Positions 44,051-52,969 of a stretch of 64,000 nucleotides of DNA are shown one piece after another. The translations under genes and the position numbers were made by a program. Numbering within the stretch: the first letter of the stretch is position 1; each line of letters begins with the position of its first letter. Source of the DNA: an uncultured Bacilli bacterium. Its GTDB lineage: Bacteria > Bacillota_I > Bacilli_A > RF39 > UBA660. Under the pieces are notes generated by a model. The model worked only from the letters and a program-made list of their open reading frames with translations, did no database searches and was not told where the DNA came from. The stretch lies in assembly GCA_910583685.1 (NCBI GenBank), contig CAJTXY010000003.1, positions 1,504 to 65,503 of the forward strand, in the 5' to 3' direction.

Positions 44051-44641
44051 ATGAAAAATTATCAGCATACAATAACGGAAAATTCTCTGGAATGGATAAC
44101 TTATTATTCTAATATCAACTTTCCACAATTTACGCCTATTAATTATTATTTGTATAAATATAAAAACTTGTTTAGTCAATTTAATGTCCTAGGGTCTTTA
44201 ATAATAGCAGAAATCCTTCCTTTATTTGAAGATTATAATATTCCATTGGCGGGTAATGATTATTTGCTTTTTGTGAATCCTAGGGATAATATAGCAAATG
44301 GATTTGATATAGAAAAATACCAAAAGTTAGCAACAACAGAACCTTATTTATTAAGACAAAAGCAATATTGGGAAGAATGTGTTGAAGCTTTTGAATGGTT
44401 TGAAAGTCAACTTTTGTTATCCTCTATAGATGTAGATAGAATGATTCAAAAAGAAATTATGGAAAGATATGAATATGATTTTGATAAGGATGATTTAAAT
44501 GCTTATAATATATTTAGAAAATTTTTAAGTGAAACCCAAACTAATAAAGAGGATGAGACAAGGCAATTGTTTGAAAAAAATAGTGATATTACTTTACAAA
44601 AAAGAATGATGGAATATCAAAGAACTAGAATAGGGGAATGA
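44051..44641 (+). CDS. Hypothetical protein (orphan, 196 aa).
   Basis: RBS AAGGAGG. No recognisable domain. Confidence 0.5.
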   Translation: MKNYQHTITENSLEWITYYSNINFPQFTPINYYLYKYKNLFSQFNVLGSLIIAEILPLFEDYNIPLAGNDYLLFVNPRDNIANGFDIEKYQKLATTEPYLLRQKQYWEECVEAFEWFESQLLLSSIDVDRMIQKEIMERYEYDFDKDDLNAYNIFRKFLSETQTNKEDETRQLFEKNSDITLQKRMMEYQRTRIGE

Positions 44642-44997
44642 ATATACTTTTAGTTGTAGATCACTATCACTATTGTACTATGTGGTGCGGTTGGAATTAC
44701 AATAAAGAAACTCGAGTTTTTAAAAGGATAAGAATTCGAGTTTTAATATGTATGAATAAAAACTTGTTAATTAGAAAAATGGGGTATTGTTGCTGGTTTA
44801 TGGATTAAAAGTATTATATAAAATTAGATGGTAATCTACTGATGCCTTTAGAAGTAAATAATATTAATATAATTTATTTGAATCAGATCATTTATTGCTT
44901 TCAATTTGTTAGATCAATAGTGATTTAATAAGAAATGGATGCTTTTTTAGGTATAAAAAAAATTGTTTTTCACAAATTATAAGTAGGAGAGTGAAAA

Positions 44998-45426
44998 ATG
45001 GAAGAAAATATAAATGCTTTAGATGAAATCCATAAAGGTGCTTGTATGGGAATGGATGCTTTACATTTTGTTTCTGATAAAGTGGAAGATGATAAGTTAC
45101 GTGAGGAACTTAGAAAGCAGTATGATGATTATAAGAAAATTGCTAGTCATATAGAAGAGGTGTATCCTAAATATAATGATGGTCTTCCTCATAAGACTAC
45201 TACTATGAATAAAGCAATGACTTGGTATGGCATTTCTATGAAAACGTTTTCTGATAAGAGTACATCTAAGCTTGCTGAACTTTTACTAGAAGGAGTTAAT
45301 ATGGGAATTATTGAAGGTAGAAAAGTACTTAATAATAAAAATATGGATAAAGAGGTTCACAAAATTATTGATCAATATGTATCTATGCAAGAAAAAAGTG
45401 TTGAGGTTTTGAAAAAATATTTATAA
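44998..45426 (+). CDS. Hypothetical helical protein (142 aa).
   Basis: ORF with RBS AGGAGAG. Confidence 0.5.
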   Translation: MEENINALDEIHKGACMGMDALHFVSDKVEDDKLREELRKQYDDYKKIASHIEEVYPKYNDGLPHKTTTMNKAMTWYGISMKTFSDKSTSKLAELLLEGVNMGIIEGRKVLNNKNMDKEVHKIIDQYVSMQEKSVEVLKKYL

Positions 45427-45474
45427 AGATACAAGGGTATCTTTTTTTCTTGTTATTTATTTTGTATAATAGAA

Positions 45475-45867
45475 TTGGAGGAGATAATGATGAAAGAATT
45501 AATGTTAAAAAAATGTTCTAATTGTGGAGCACTTGTTAAGGTGATTGTACCTTGTAGTTGTGATGATTGTGGGTTTACTTGTTGTGAGAAGTCTATGAAT
45601 GATGTAAGGGCAAACTCAGTGGATGCTGCTATTGAAAAACACGTACCTACTTATGAAGTTGTAGATGGTAATATTGTTGTTCGTGTGAGCCATGTTATGG
45701 AAGATGACCATTATATTGAATGGATTTCTTTGGTCTCAGATACAGGGGAAGAATGTATTTATTTGAAACCTGGAATGGATGCTACTGTTACCTTTTATCA
45801 AAAGACAAGTGGTATGTTGTATGCTTACTGTAATAAACACGGTCTTTGGGAAAACGAAATAAAATAA
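45475..45867 (+). CDS. dfx: Desulfoferrodoxin-type superoxide reductase (2Fe-SOR).
   Basis: N-terminal desulforedoxin-like CxxC...CC cluster. EKHVP motif plus the His and Cys ligands of the SOR domain. Confidence 0.75.
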   Translation: MEEIMMKELMLKKCSNCGALVKVIVPCSCDDCGFTCCEKSMNDVRANSVDAAIEKHVPTYEVVDGNIVVRVSHVMEDDHYIEWISLVSDTGEECIYLKPGMDATVTFYQKTSGMLYAYCNKHGLWENEIK

Positions 45868-45971
45868 TATGAAATTTTATCTTAATTGATGAGAACTATG
45901 AGTTCTTTTCAATATCATTCCTTTATTGGGAAAAGAAAAAAGAGTGTTAGATTAAGTTCTAATACTCTTTT

Positions 45972-47183
45972 TTAGCTGTAGATACTGTTTGTCATTTTAC
46001 TGATGGCAGTATAAATATAAGAAATTCGATACCAGGTTTGTTTATTTACTGTTCCAGTTTGTGATAGGTAAAATACACTTTGAAATTTTAAAACTGCTTT
46101 TTTGGTTGCGGCATCAAATAGACCAGATGGATTTTCAATTGCCGGAATACCTGGGTAGCTTCCTCTGATGTAGTTTAGCACATTCTGTAAGATATAGACA
46201 TCGTTGCTACAGTCCCCTTCTTTTAGAGTTTTTGTAAATGAATAGGGGTATTCACCAACCGTTTCTGCTTCATAAATATTAATATTGTTGCCATAATAAT
46301 ATTTTAAAATTTGTATTGCATCGTAACCTTTATCTCCTAAGTCTTTTGAGCCCCATTGACTTAAATAACCAGGTTCTGTTGTATTGCTCTTATAATGTGC
46401 AAGTAGTGGTTGGGGTTTGATTCCACTTCTAATGTAATTTGTAAATATTTCATCTACTATATCTGATATTGTTTGAAAGATGGTTCCATTTTTTGTGTAT
46501 TTTTGGTCATAGCTAGTAGTAGATGTGATGGTAAAGTCAAACCCTTTGCTGGGGTACCATTCTGTAAATATTCTGTTTAGTGTAAAAGAAATGATTGCTA
46601 GTATATTTGCTTTTATGGTTTCTTCTGGCCAGGTACTATATATTTCACTACTTGCGACATTTTTTATATAGTCTATGAAAGGAACTGTATAGTTTGCTGC
46701 ATTTGCATTTGTAGGAATGCCATCGTGTACTATGATATTTTCTGGGATTACTACTTTTGATAAAACATATGGTGTAATTTCTTGTTCTATTTGTTCTTCT
46801 ATATTAGGTGGATAGTCTCCCCATAAAGTATTAGGAGGAATTACTTCAATATCTTCTTCCTCATTCTCATCTAAAGAAGTCATATAAATATTTTGAATGG
46901 ATGTGATGCCATCAAAAATTTGGACACCTTCCACCCTTGTTTCAGTAAGTCCAAGAGAAGTTACCAATATATCATATGTTTCGTAGGGACGAGTTTCTTG
47001 TTGATCTTTTTCTGAAAAACTTTTATCTACAGTATCTAATGTAATTATTTCTGTCTTACCATCTTCATTTGTTTTTACTTCTGTTATTATATTTTCGTTT
47101 TTTAATACTTTTACAACTGCATTTTTTACAGGATTTGCCATTGTATCACTGTAGACGTTTACGATTAAATAACCTTTTGCCAT
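45972..47183 (-). CDS. Cell-wall protein with an N-terminal beta-sandwich (CarboxypepD_reg-like) region and a C-terminal PG_binding_1 domain. Possibly a SleC-like lytic enzyme.
   Basis: C-terminal ...DVYILQNVLNYIRGSYPGIPAI...DAATKKAVLKFQ matches the peptidoglycan-binding domain consensus. Confidence 0.55.
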   Translation of the reverse strand: MAKGYLIVNVYSDTMANPVKNAVVKVLKNENIITEVKTNEDGKTEIITLDTVDKSFSEKDQQETRPYETYDILVTSLGLTETRVEGVQIFDGITSIQNIYMTSLDENEEEDIEVIPPNTLWGDYPPNIEEQIEQEITPYVLSKVVIPENIIVHDGIPTNANAANYTVPFIDYIKNVASSEIYSTWPEETIKANILAIISFTLNRIFTEWYPSKGFDFTITSTTSYDQKYTKNGTIFQTISDIVDEIFTNYIRSGIKPQPLLAHYKSNTTEPGYLSQWGSKDLGDKGYDAIQILKYYYGNNINIYEAETVGEYPYSFTKTLKEGDCSNDVYILQNVLNYIRGSYPGIPAIENPSGLFDAATKKAVLKFQSVFYLSQTGTVNKQTWYRISYIYTAISKMTNSIYS

Positions 47184-47251
47184 ATTTCACCTCATTCTAT
47201 TATACATAATATATTGTTAATAAATGAATATAATTTATCGAGGTGATGAGA

Positions 47252-48394
47252 ATGGAGATAAATAATTTACAATTAGGTGATACCGGTGACACTGTTAAAG
47301 TTTTACAAGAAAAATTGAAAATACTTGGATTTTATAATGCAGTTGTGACAGGTATTTTTGGTATATCGACGGAAGTTGGGGTCAAAGCTTTTCAGAAGGA
47401 ATTTGGTTTGGAAGAGACGGGAATCGTTACTCAAGAGATGTGGGAGATTTTGTTTGCTTTAACGGCTGTTGCTGCTCCTGCTAGTGAGAATAAGGTATTA
47501 CGTTTAGGTGATAGTGGAAGCGAGGTTCGTGAACTACAACTAAAGTTGCGAGCACTTCTTTATTATACAGGGCCTATTACTGGTAATTTTGATTTAGAGA
47601 CAGAAAATGCTGTAAAAAGGTTTCAATTTAATAATGATATTACAACAAATGGAATTGTTGATAGTGCCACTTGGGTATTGATTGAAGTTCTGTATGGTAG
47701 GTTAAACCAATGCGTATTAGATCAAATTGGTGATAATGATAATGTTGGAGGGGATGGACAAAATAGGATTTATGTAGTGAAGGCAGGAGATACTTTATTT
47801 GGTATTGCTAATCGCTATGGTACTACGGTGGATGAGTTAAAGAGACTTAACAATTTGACTAGTAATGTTTTAAGTGTTGGTCAGGTTTTGCGACTCCCAG
47901 TTGTTGGGGCTAATGGCGATGATGATTCTTATTTACGCTATGTTGTAAAGTCGGGAGATACTTTATTTGGTATTGCTAGTCGTTATAATACAACTGTAGA
48001 TGAATTAAAAAGGCTGAATAATTTAACAAGTAATGTTTTAACAATAGGGCAAGTTTTAAAAATTCCAACAGAAAATCAAGGTGGCAGTAGTCCTAACTTT
48101 CTTTATACAGTAAAAGCAGGTGATACTTTGTTTGGTATTGCTAGTCGTTATAATACAACTGTAGATGAATTAAAAAGACTGAATAATTTGACTAGTAATG
48201 TTTTAAGTATTGGTCAGGTATTACGAATTCCTTCTAATAGTAGTAATAACTATATTACATACACAGTACAAAGAGGAGATACTTTGTTTGGTATTGCTAG
48301 TCGTTATAATACAACTGTGAATGAGTTAAAGAGACTGAATAATTTAACTAGTAATGTCTTGAGTATTGGTCAGGTCTTAAAGATAGGCGTTTAA
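47252..48394 (+). CDS. Cell-wall binding protein with 2× PG_binding_1 and 4× LysM.
   Basis: Two LxxGDxGxxVxxLQxxL repeats, then four YxVKxGDTLFGIAxRYNTTVxELKRLNNLTSNVLxxGQVL(K/R)IP LysM units. The ORF track opens at 47243. Confidence 0.75.
   Translation: MEINNLQLGDTGDTVKVLQEKLKILGFYNAVVTGIFGISTEVGVKAFQKEFGLEETGIVTQEMWEILFALTAVAAPASENKVLRLGDSGSEVRELQLKLRALLYYTGPITGNFDLETENAVKRFQFNNDITTNGIVDSATWVLIEVLYGRLNQCVLDQIGDNDNVGGDGQNRIYVVKAGDTLFGIANRYGTTVDELKRLNNLTSNVLSVGQVLRLPVVGANGDDDSYLRYVVKSGDTLFGIASRYNTTVDELKRLNNLTSNVLTIGQVLKIPTENQGGSSPNFLYTVKAGDTLFGIASRYNTTVDELKRLNNLTSNVLSIGQVLRIPSNSSNNYITYTVQRGDTLFGIASRYNTTVNELKRLNNLTSNVLSIGQVLKIGV
47770..48390 (+). repeat. Four tandem LysM-coding repeats of about 150-190 bp each.
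   Basis: Near-identical nucleotide blocks ggagatactttatttggtattgctagtcgttataatacaactgtagatgaattaaaaag. Confidence 0.6.
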
Positions 48395-48422
48395 ATAAAA
48401 AAGACTGGTCTATTGCCAGTTT

Positions 48423-49397
48423 TTATTGTCCTACTTTTTCTTTTTTTCTTACTTTTATTGCTCCATTGTCACATTTATTTCCCCATGAATCAATTAATTC
48501 TTTATCTTTGTAGATGCAAATAATTTCACAGTTATTGGCACAACGTTTACATTCTACTCCTTTTGTTTCAAATTCAATATCTTCAATATCAAAAGTGAAA
48601 TCGATTTCTTTTCCATCGGTTTTAGCAAGAATTGCTACACCTAGGGCTCCCATTAAGTGAGAATTATCATCTACTATCACTTTTTCTCCAGTTGCATCTT
48701 CAAAAGCTTTGATAACTCCAATATTCTTGGAAACTCCTCCTTGGAAAACGATGGGGGCATTAATTTTCTTTCCTTTTCCTACATTATTTAAGTAGTTTGT
48801 TACAACAGCCTTACAAAGTCCTGCAACGATATCTTCTTTTTTATGTCCAATTTGTGCTTTATGAACTAAGTCGCTTTCTGCAAAAACTGTGCAACGGGCA
48901 GCGATATTTGTTGGATTTTTACTTTTTAAAGCTAGGGGACCGAATTCTTCTACTTCTAATCCTAGACGCTTTGATTGACTGGAAAGGAAAGAGCCAGTAC
49001 CAGCAGCACAGAGTGTATTCATTGCATAGTCTACTACGATTCCGTCATCAATTAAAATAATTTTAGAGTCTTGTCCTCCAATTTCAAAGATAGTTTTTAC
49101 TTCTGGGTATAGAGAAAGAGTTCCAATGGCGTGAGCAGTGATTTCATTTTTTACAACATTTGCTCCTAGTAGTACTCCGATTAATTTTCTAGCAGAACCA
49201 GTCGTTCCTACTGCTACAACTTTATATTTTTTGAGATTTATCTGTTCTTTTAAGTTTGCAATTAGTCTTTTTACTGCATCCATTGGATTTCCTTCTGTCC
49301 ATAGATATTTGCTTGCTAAAATATTGTTCTGTTCATCTATAATAATTCCTTTTGTAGAAATAGAGCCTATGTCGACTCCCAAGTATGCCTTTTTCAT
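48423..49397 (-). CDS. BadF/BadG/BcrA/BcrD-type ATPase (CoA-substrate-specific enzyme activase) with an extra Cys-rich C-terminal extension.
   Basis: N-terminal LGVDIGSISTKGIII (ASKHA phosphate-1). 324 aa. C-terminus CKRCANNCEIICIY...CDNG. Confidence 0.7.
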   Translation of the reverse strand: MKKAYLGVDIGSISTKGIIIDEQNNILASKYLWTEGNPMDAVKRLIANLKEQINLKKYKVVAVGTTGSARKLIGVLLGANVVKNEITAHAIGTLSLYPEVKTIFEIGGQDSKIILIDDGIVVDYAMNTLCAAGTGSFLSSQSKRLGLEVEEFGPLALKSKNPTNIAARCTVFAESDLVHKAQIGHKKEDIVAGLCKAVVTNYLNNVGKGKKINAPIVFQGGVSKNIGVIKAFEDATGEKVIVDDNSHLMGALGVAILAKTDGKEIDFTFDIEDIEFETKGVECKRCANNCEIICIYKDKELIDSWGNKCDNGAIKVRKKEKVGQ

Positions 49398-50470
49398 TAT
49401 TTTTTCTCCTTTCGCATCATAATCATATCGTAGAAAGCTTCAATTCTTGTATTAATTCCTACATCGCTTGTCTGTGAATCAAAGCTAAAATAAATAATGG
49501 GAATTTTATAATCTTCTGCAATTTTTTGTAATACTGGCATCGCATCAATTTCGGGTGTACAACCAAAGCTTTTTAAGTGAATAATACCATCAAACCCTTC
49601 CTTAGCATAATCAAGTGCACTTTTAATTGTATACATTGAAGTAGCACCCATATCATATTTTGCATAGTTTTTGATACTTTTTTTAATTTCTTTTTCTGGG
49701 GCGTTAAAGAAGCTGTTTGTAATATTCATCCAACGTTTGATGACAATTCCTTTTTTTGCAAGTTCTTTTTCCATATGATGATTACTATATGGATCCATAA
49801 TGGTATAGTATTCGCCGATAAAACCTACTTGTAGAGGATGTTCTGGTTTGTTTGTTTTTACTTTCTTTAGTTTTGACATATATTTTTTATAAGTTTCATT
49901 TAATTCTTTTTTGTTTTTTATTGTTTTTAATTCCGCTAAAAAATCTTTATGTATGCTATCAAAGTCCCCATTATGAACTTCAAATCCGACATTTTGACGA
50001 ATAAAATCTTCAATTTTGTCAATTTTTTCTACTACTTTTACTACTAAAAGTAGAGTAGATGTTACTTTTTTTAGGTTTAGTTTGGGATTGATTTTTTTAA
50101 ATTCGTTGTAAAAGGTTAGCGGTTTTGCGAAGTCGGCTTCTGCCATATTGATGAAGTTGACATCATAACCTAAGTCTTTTAAAATCTGCTCGTGCAACTC
50201 TCCATAGTAGCCTAATCTACAAGGGCCTCCTACTTGAATTAATGTATTTGCTCCTGCTTCAATTGCTTCAATGTAACCGCCTAGTTGATATTTAAATGGA
50301 GTACAAACAAAATCAGGAGAGTACTTTGTTCCAATTTCTAGTGTTTTTTTTGTAGTGAGTGGAGCATCTATATAGTCGCATTCTAGGCCTTGCTTCATAA
50401 GAATTTCAATTGCGATATTGTAATTTCCGAATCTTGGGAAACTAATTTTGCAGTTCTTTTTCATAGTCAC
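49397..50470 (-). CDS. DUF2229-like CoA-enzyme-activase-associated protein.
   Basis: Family resemblance. The start overlaps the upstream gene's stop. Confidence 0.55.
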   Translation of the reverse strand: MTMKKNCKISFPRFGNYNIAIEILMKQGLECDYIDAPLTTKKTLEIGTKYSPDFVCTPFKYQLGGYIEAIEAGANTLIQVGGPCRLGYYGELHEQILKDLGYDVNFINMAEADFAKPLTFYNEFKKINPKLNLKKVTSTLLLVVKVVEKIDKIEDFIRQNVGFEVHNGDFDSIHKDFLAELKTIKNKKELNETYKKYMSKLKKVKTNKPEHPLQVGFIGEYYTIMDPYSNHHMEKELAKKGIVIKRWMNITNSFFNAPEKEIKKSIKNYAKYDMGATSMYTIKSALDYAKEGFDGIIHLKSFGCTPEIDAMPVLQKIAEDYKIPIIYFSFDSQTSDVGINTRIEAFYDMIMMRKEKK

Positions 50471-51380
50471 GTTCCTCCTTAATTCTAATAATATCGATGA
50501 AACTTTCTAATCTAGTTTCCATTCCTGCGGTTCCTTCTTGTGCATCTAGAACTAGAGTGATGATTGGTTTGTCCTTTAGACGTCTCATAATCATTTCATT
50601 TACTAAAGAGTCAGGCCCACAAGGGAAAGCTGATACTAAAATAATGCCATCCACCTTGTCTTTGTATAAAGAGATTGCTCCTACTAATTCTTTGTTAAAA
50701 GTCCAGGGTAGAGTTTTGCTTATAATTCGTGCTTCTTCTCTTGCTTTTTTACTTTCTACTACACAGCCTAGTATGGGAACACAATTCAGTTCTTTTAAGG
50801 TATCTAGTACAGGTCTTCCTATATATTCATCATAAATATTATAAGGGTGAGAAATAACTAAAATCTTTAGCTTTTCGCTTTCTAAATTTTTTCGTTGTTC
50901 ATTTAACTCAATTAGTTTTGTTGTTTTTTCTGCTTGTTTTGCAATATAGTATGCTTTTAATACTTGGGCTTTGTTTTTCCCTAAGAATTTTCCCATTTTT
51001 AAAAATGCTTTTAACTCTGTATCTTTGTTTAAGATATCGATACTATAGTATAAAAGTTTTAGATTTTTTTCTCTATATGTATTCTTTACTAAATCATAGA
51101 TTGCCTGAAAGCGGGAACATACAATATCTTTTGTACCGCCTAGTGTTGCAATTCGGGGAACAAAAATATAGTCACATTTATCTATTAGATAGTTCACGTG
51201 ACCTAAATAAATTTTATGTGGAAGGCAGGCCTCATCAATGGCAAGGGCGGTTCCTTCTCTCATTAGTTCTTTATTTGTTTTAGGACTTACAATGTATTCG
51301 ATTCCTAATTCTTCAAAAAAGGTTTCCCACAATACGTGGTATTTATAATAAAGAAAAGCTCTGGGAATTCCTATTTTCAT
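50442..51380 (-). CDS. 2-hydroxyglutaryl-CoA dehydratase D-component-like protein (HgdD family).
   Basis: Family resemblance: N-terminal MKIGIPRAF...DEACLPHK. Confidence 0.55.
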   Translation of the reverse strand: MKIGIPRAFLYYKYHVLWETFFEELGIEYIVSPKTNKELMREGTALAIDEACLPHKIYLGHVNYLIDKCDYIFVPRIATLGGTKDIVCSRFQAIYDLVKNTYREKNLKLLYYSIDILNKDTELKAFLKMGKFLGKNKAQVLKAYYIAKQAEKTTKLIELNEQRKNLESEKLKILVISHPYNIYDEYIGRPVLDTLKELNCVPILGCVVESKKAREEARIISKTLPWTFNKELVGAISLYKDKVDGIILVSAFPCGPDSLVNEMIMRRLKDKPIITLVLDAQEGTAGMETRLESFIDIIRIKEERDYEKELQN

Positions 51381-51541
51381 ATACTACACCTCTACTTCTA
51401 TTACTTTTATTTTAGCAGGAAATGAGTATTATGTAAATGTTGGTGTGTTTTTGACTATATAATGTATTGAGGTAACTTTTCTTTTGCTTGTAAAAGTTTT
51501 CAACTAATGTTATTATATTAATAAGAATAGAGGGTGGAAAA

Positions 51542-52069
51542 ATGGATTTTATTATTACTTTTTTTAGAGACATATTGGATGGACCAGTCTATATTGTAGT
51601 TACAGTTATATGTTCCATTTTTATTTGTGCTTGTATTGGGTATTTAGCAGAGAAAAAGCAAAAACAGAAAAAAGAGCGGGAACAGTATGTAGAAGCACCT
51701 GCGGTCTCTAGTGCAATTCCTTCGGCTGTACCTAGTGTTACTCCTGCCATTTCTACTAGTTCTGTTGCTCCTCAAGTGACATCTACTATGCCACCTGCTG
51801 TTTTAGGAGTTTCTGATATGACTCCTAGTTCTAGCCCAACGACTATTGAAAAGACTTCACAAGTTGGGCCAGTTCAGTTAGATATGCCTCAAGTAGTAGC
51901 AATTCCTGTAGCAGATGGGCAAGCTCCCGTTGCTATTCCTACTTTCCAAAACCCAGTAATTGCAACTGCCCCTAGTGTTCAGCCTGTTTCCCAACCAGAT
52001 GTGTCTCAAATTCAAGGTGGAATGCCAAATCAGATTTCAGAGATGCCAACTTCTGTTAATTCACAGTAA
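51542..52069 (+). CDS. Membrane-anchored low-complexity (Pro/Ser/Val/Ala-rich) protein.
   Basis: N-terminal TM, then a PAVSSAIPSAVPSVTP... region. Confidence 0.45.
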   Translation: MDFIITFFRDILDGPVYIVVTVICSIFICACIGYLAEKKQKQKKEREQYVEAPAVSSAIPSAVPSVTPAISTSSVAPQVTSTMPPAVLGVSDMTPSSSPTTIEKTSQVGPVQLDMPQVVAIPVADGQAPVAIPTFQNPVIATAPSVQPVSQPDVSQIQGGMPNQISEMPTSVNSQ

Positions 52070-52135
52070 AAAAACTTTATTTCAATTTTAATTTTTGATA
52101 TACTTTAATATGTACCGTAAAAAGGAGATGATGTA

Positions 52136-52969
52136 ATGCCGCTTACAGTAACAGATATAGTTTCGATTATTCGAAAACTTGTTGATATATGTTTAGTATG
52201 GGGGATTTTCTATTTTATTTTAAAAAATATTCGTAATAATGTAAAACTGTCCTTGATCTTTAAAGGTGTTGCTTTTGTTATTATTTTAAAATTTGTAAGT
52301 CAGCTTTTTGGTTTTACAACAATTGGTTGGTTACTTGAATATATTATTATGTGGGGACCACTTGCTCTTATTATAATTTTTCAACCAGAGATTCGTACTA
52401 TTTTGGAGCAGTTGGGACGAACTCAGCTTTTAGGAAGGCATAAAACACTTACTGTTGATGAAAGAGAGCATTTGGTATATCAAATTATTCAAGCTCTTGA
52501 GTATTTAAGAAAACAAAGAATTGGTGCTTTAATTGTTTTAGAGCGGGATGTTAGTCTATCTGATTATATTGGTAAGGCTAAGAAGCTTTATGCAGATTTA
52601 TCTAGTGATTTGCTTATTTCTATATTTTTCCCTAATAATCCATTACATGATGGTGGTGTGATTATTCAAGGGGATCGTGTTACTTGTGCAGGAGCTGTTT
52701 TCCCAACTAGTAGTAGTTCTAAAATAAATCGTCATGTTGGAACTCGTCATCGTGCTGCCCTTGGAATTGCAGAAGAGACGGATTGTATTTCTATTATCGT
52801 CAGTGAAGAGACTGGTCGATTATCTATTGCTGTTAAGGGCGAGTTATTCTATAATCTTTCTATGGATGATGTTAGAATTATGTTGATTGATGAACTTAGA
52901 CCAAAACAAGGCTTAGATTATTCAGAAGATGATATAGATGAGGAAGAGATATATGAAGAAAATAATTAA
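52136..52969 (+). CDS. cdaA: Diadenylate cyclase CdaA.
   Basis: 3 TM helices plus a DAC domain (LHDGGVIIQGDR, RHRAALGIAEETD). Confidence 0.9.
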   Translation: MPLTVTDIVSIIRKLVDICLVWGIFYFILKNIRNNVKLSLIFKGVAFVIILKFVSQLFGFTTIGWLLEYIIMWGPLALIIIFQPEIRTILEQLGRTQLLGRHKTLTVDEREHLVYQIIQALEYLRKQRIGALIVLERDVSLSDYIGKAKKLYADLSSDLLISIFFPNNPLHDGGVIIQGDRVTCAGAVFPTSSSSKINRHVGTRHRAALGIAEETDCISIIVSEETGRLSIAVKGELFYNLSMDDVRIMLIDELRPKQGLDYSEDDIDEEEIYEENN

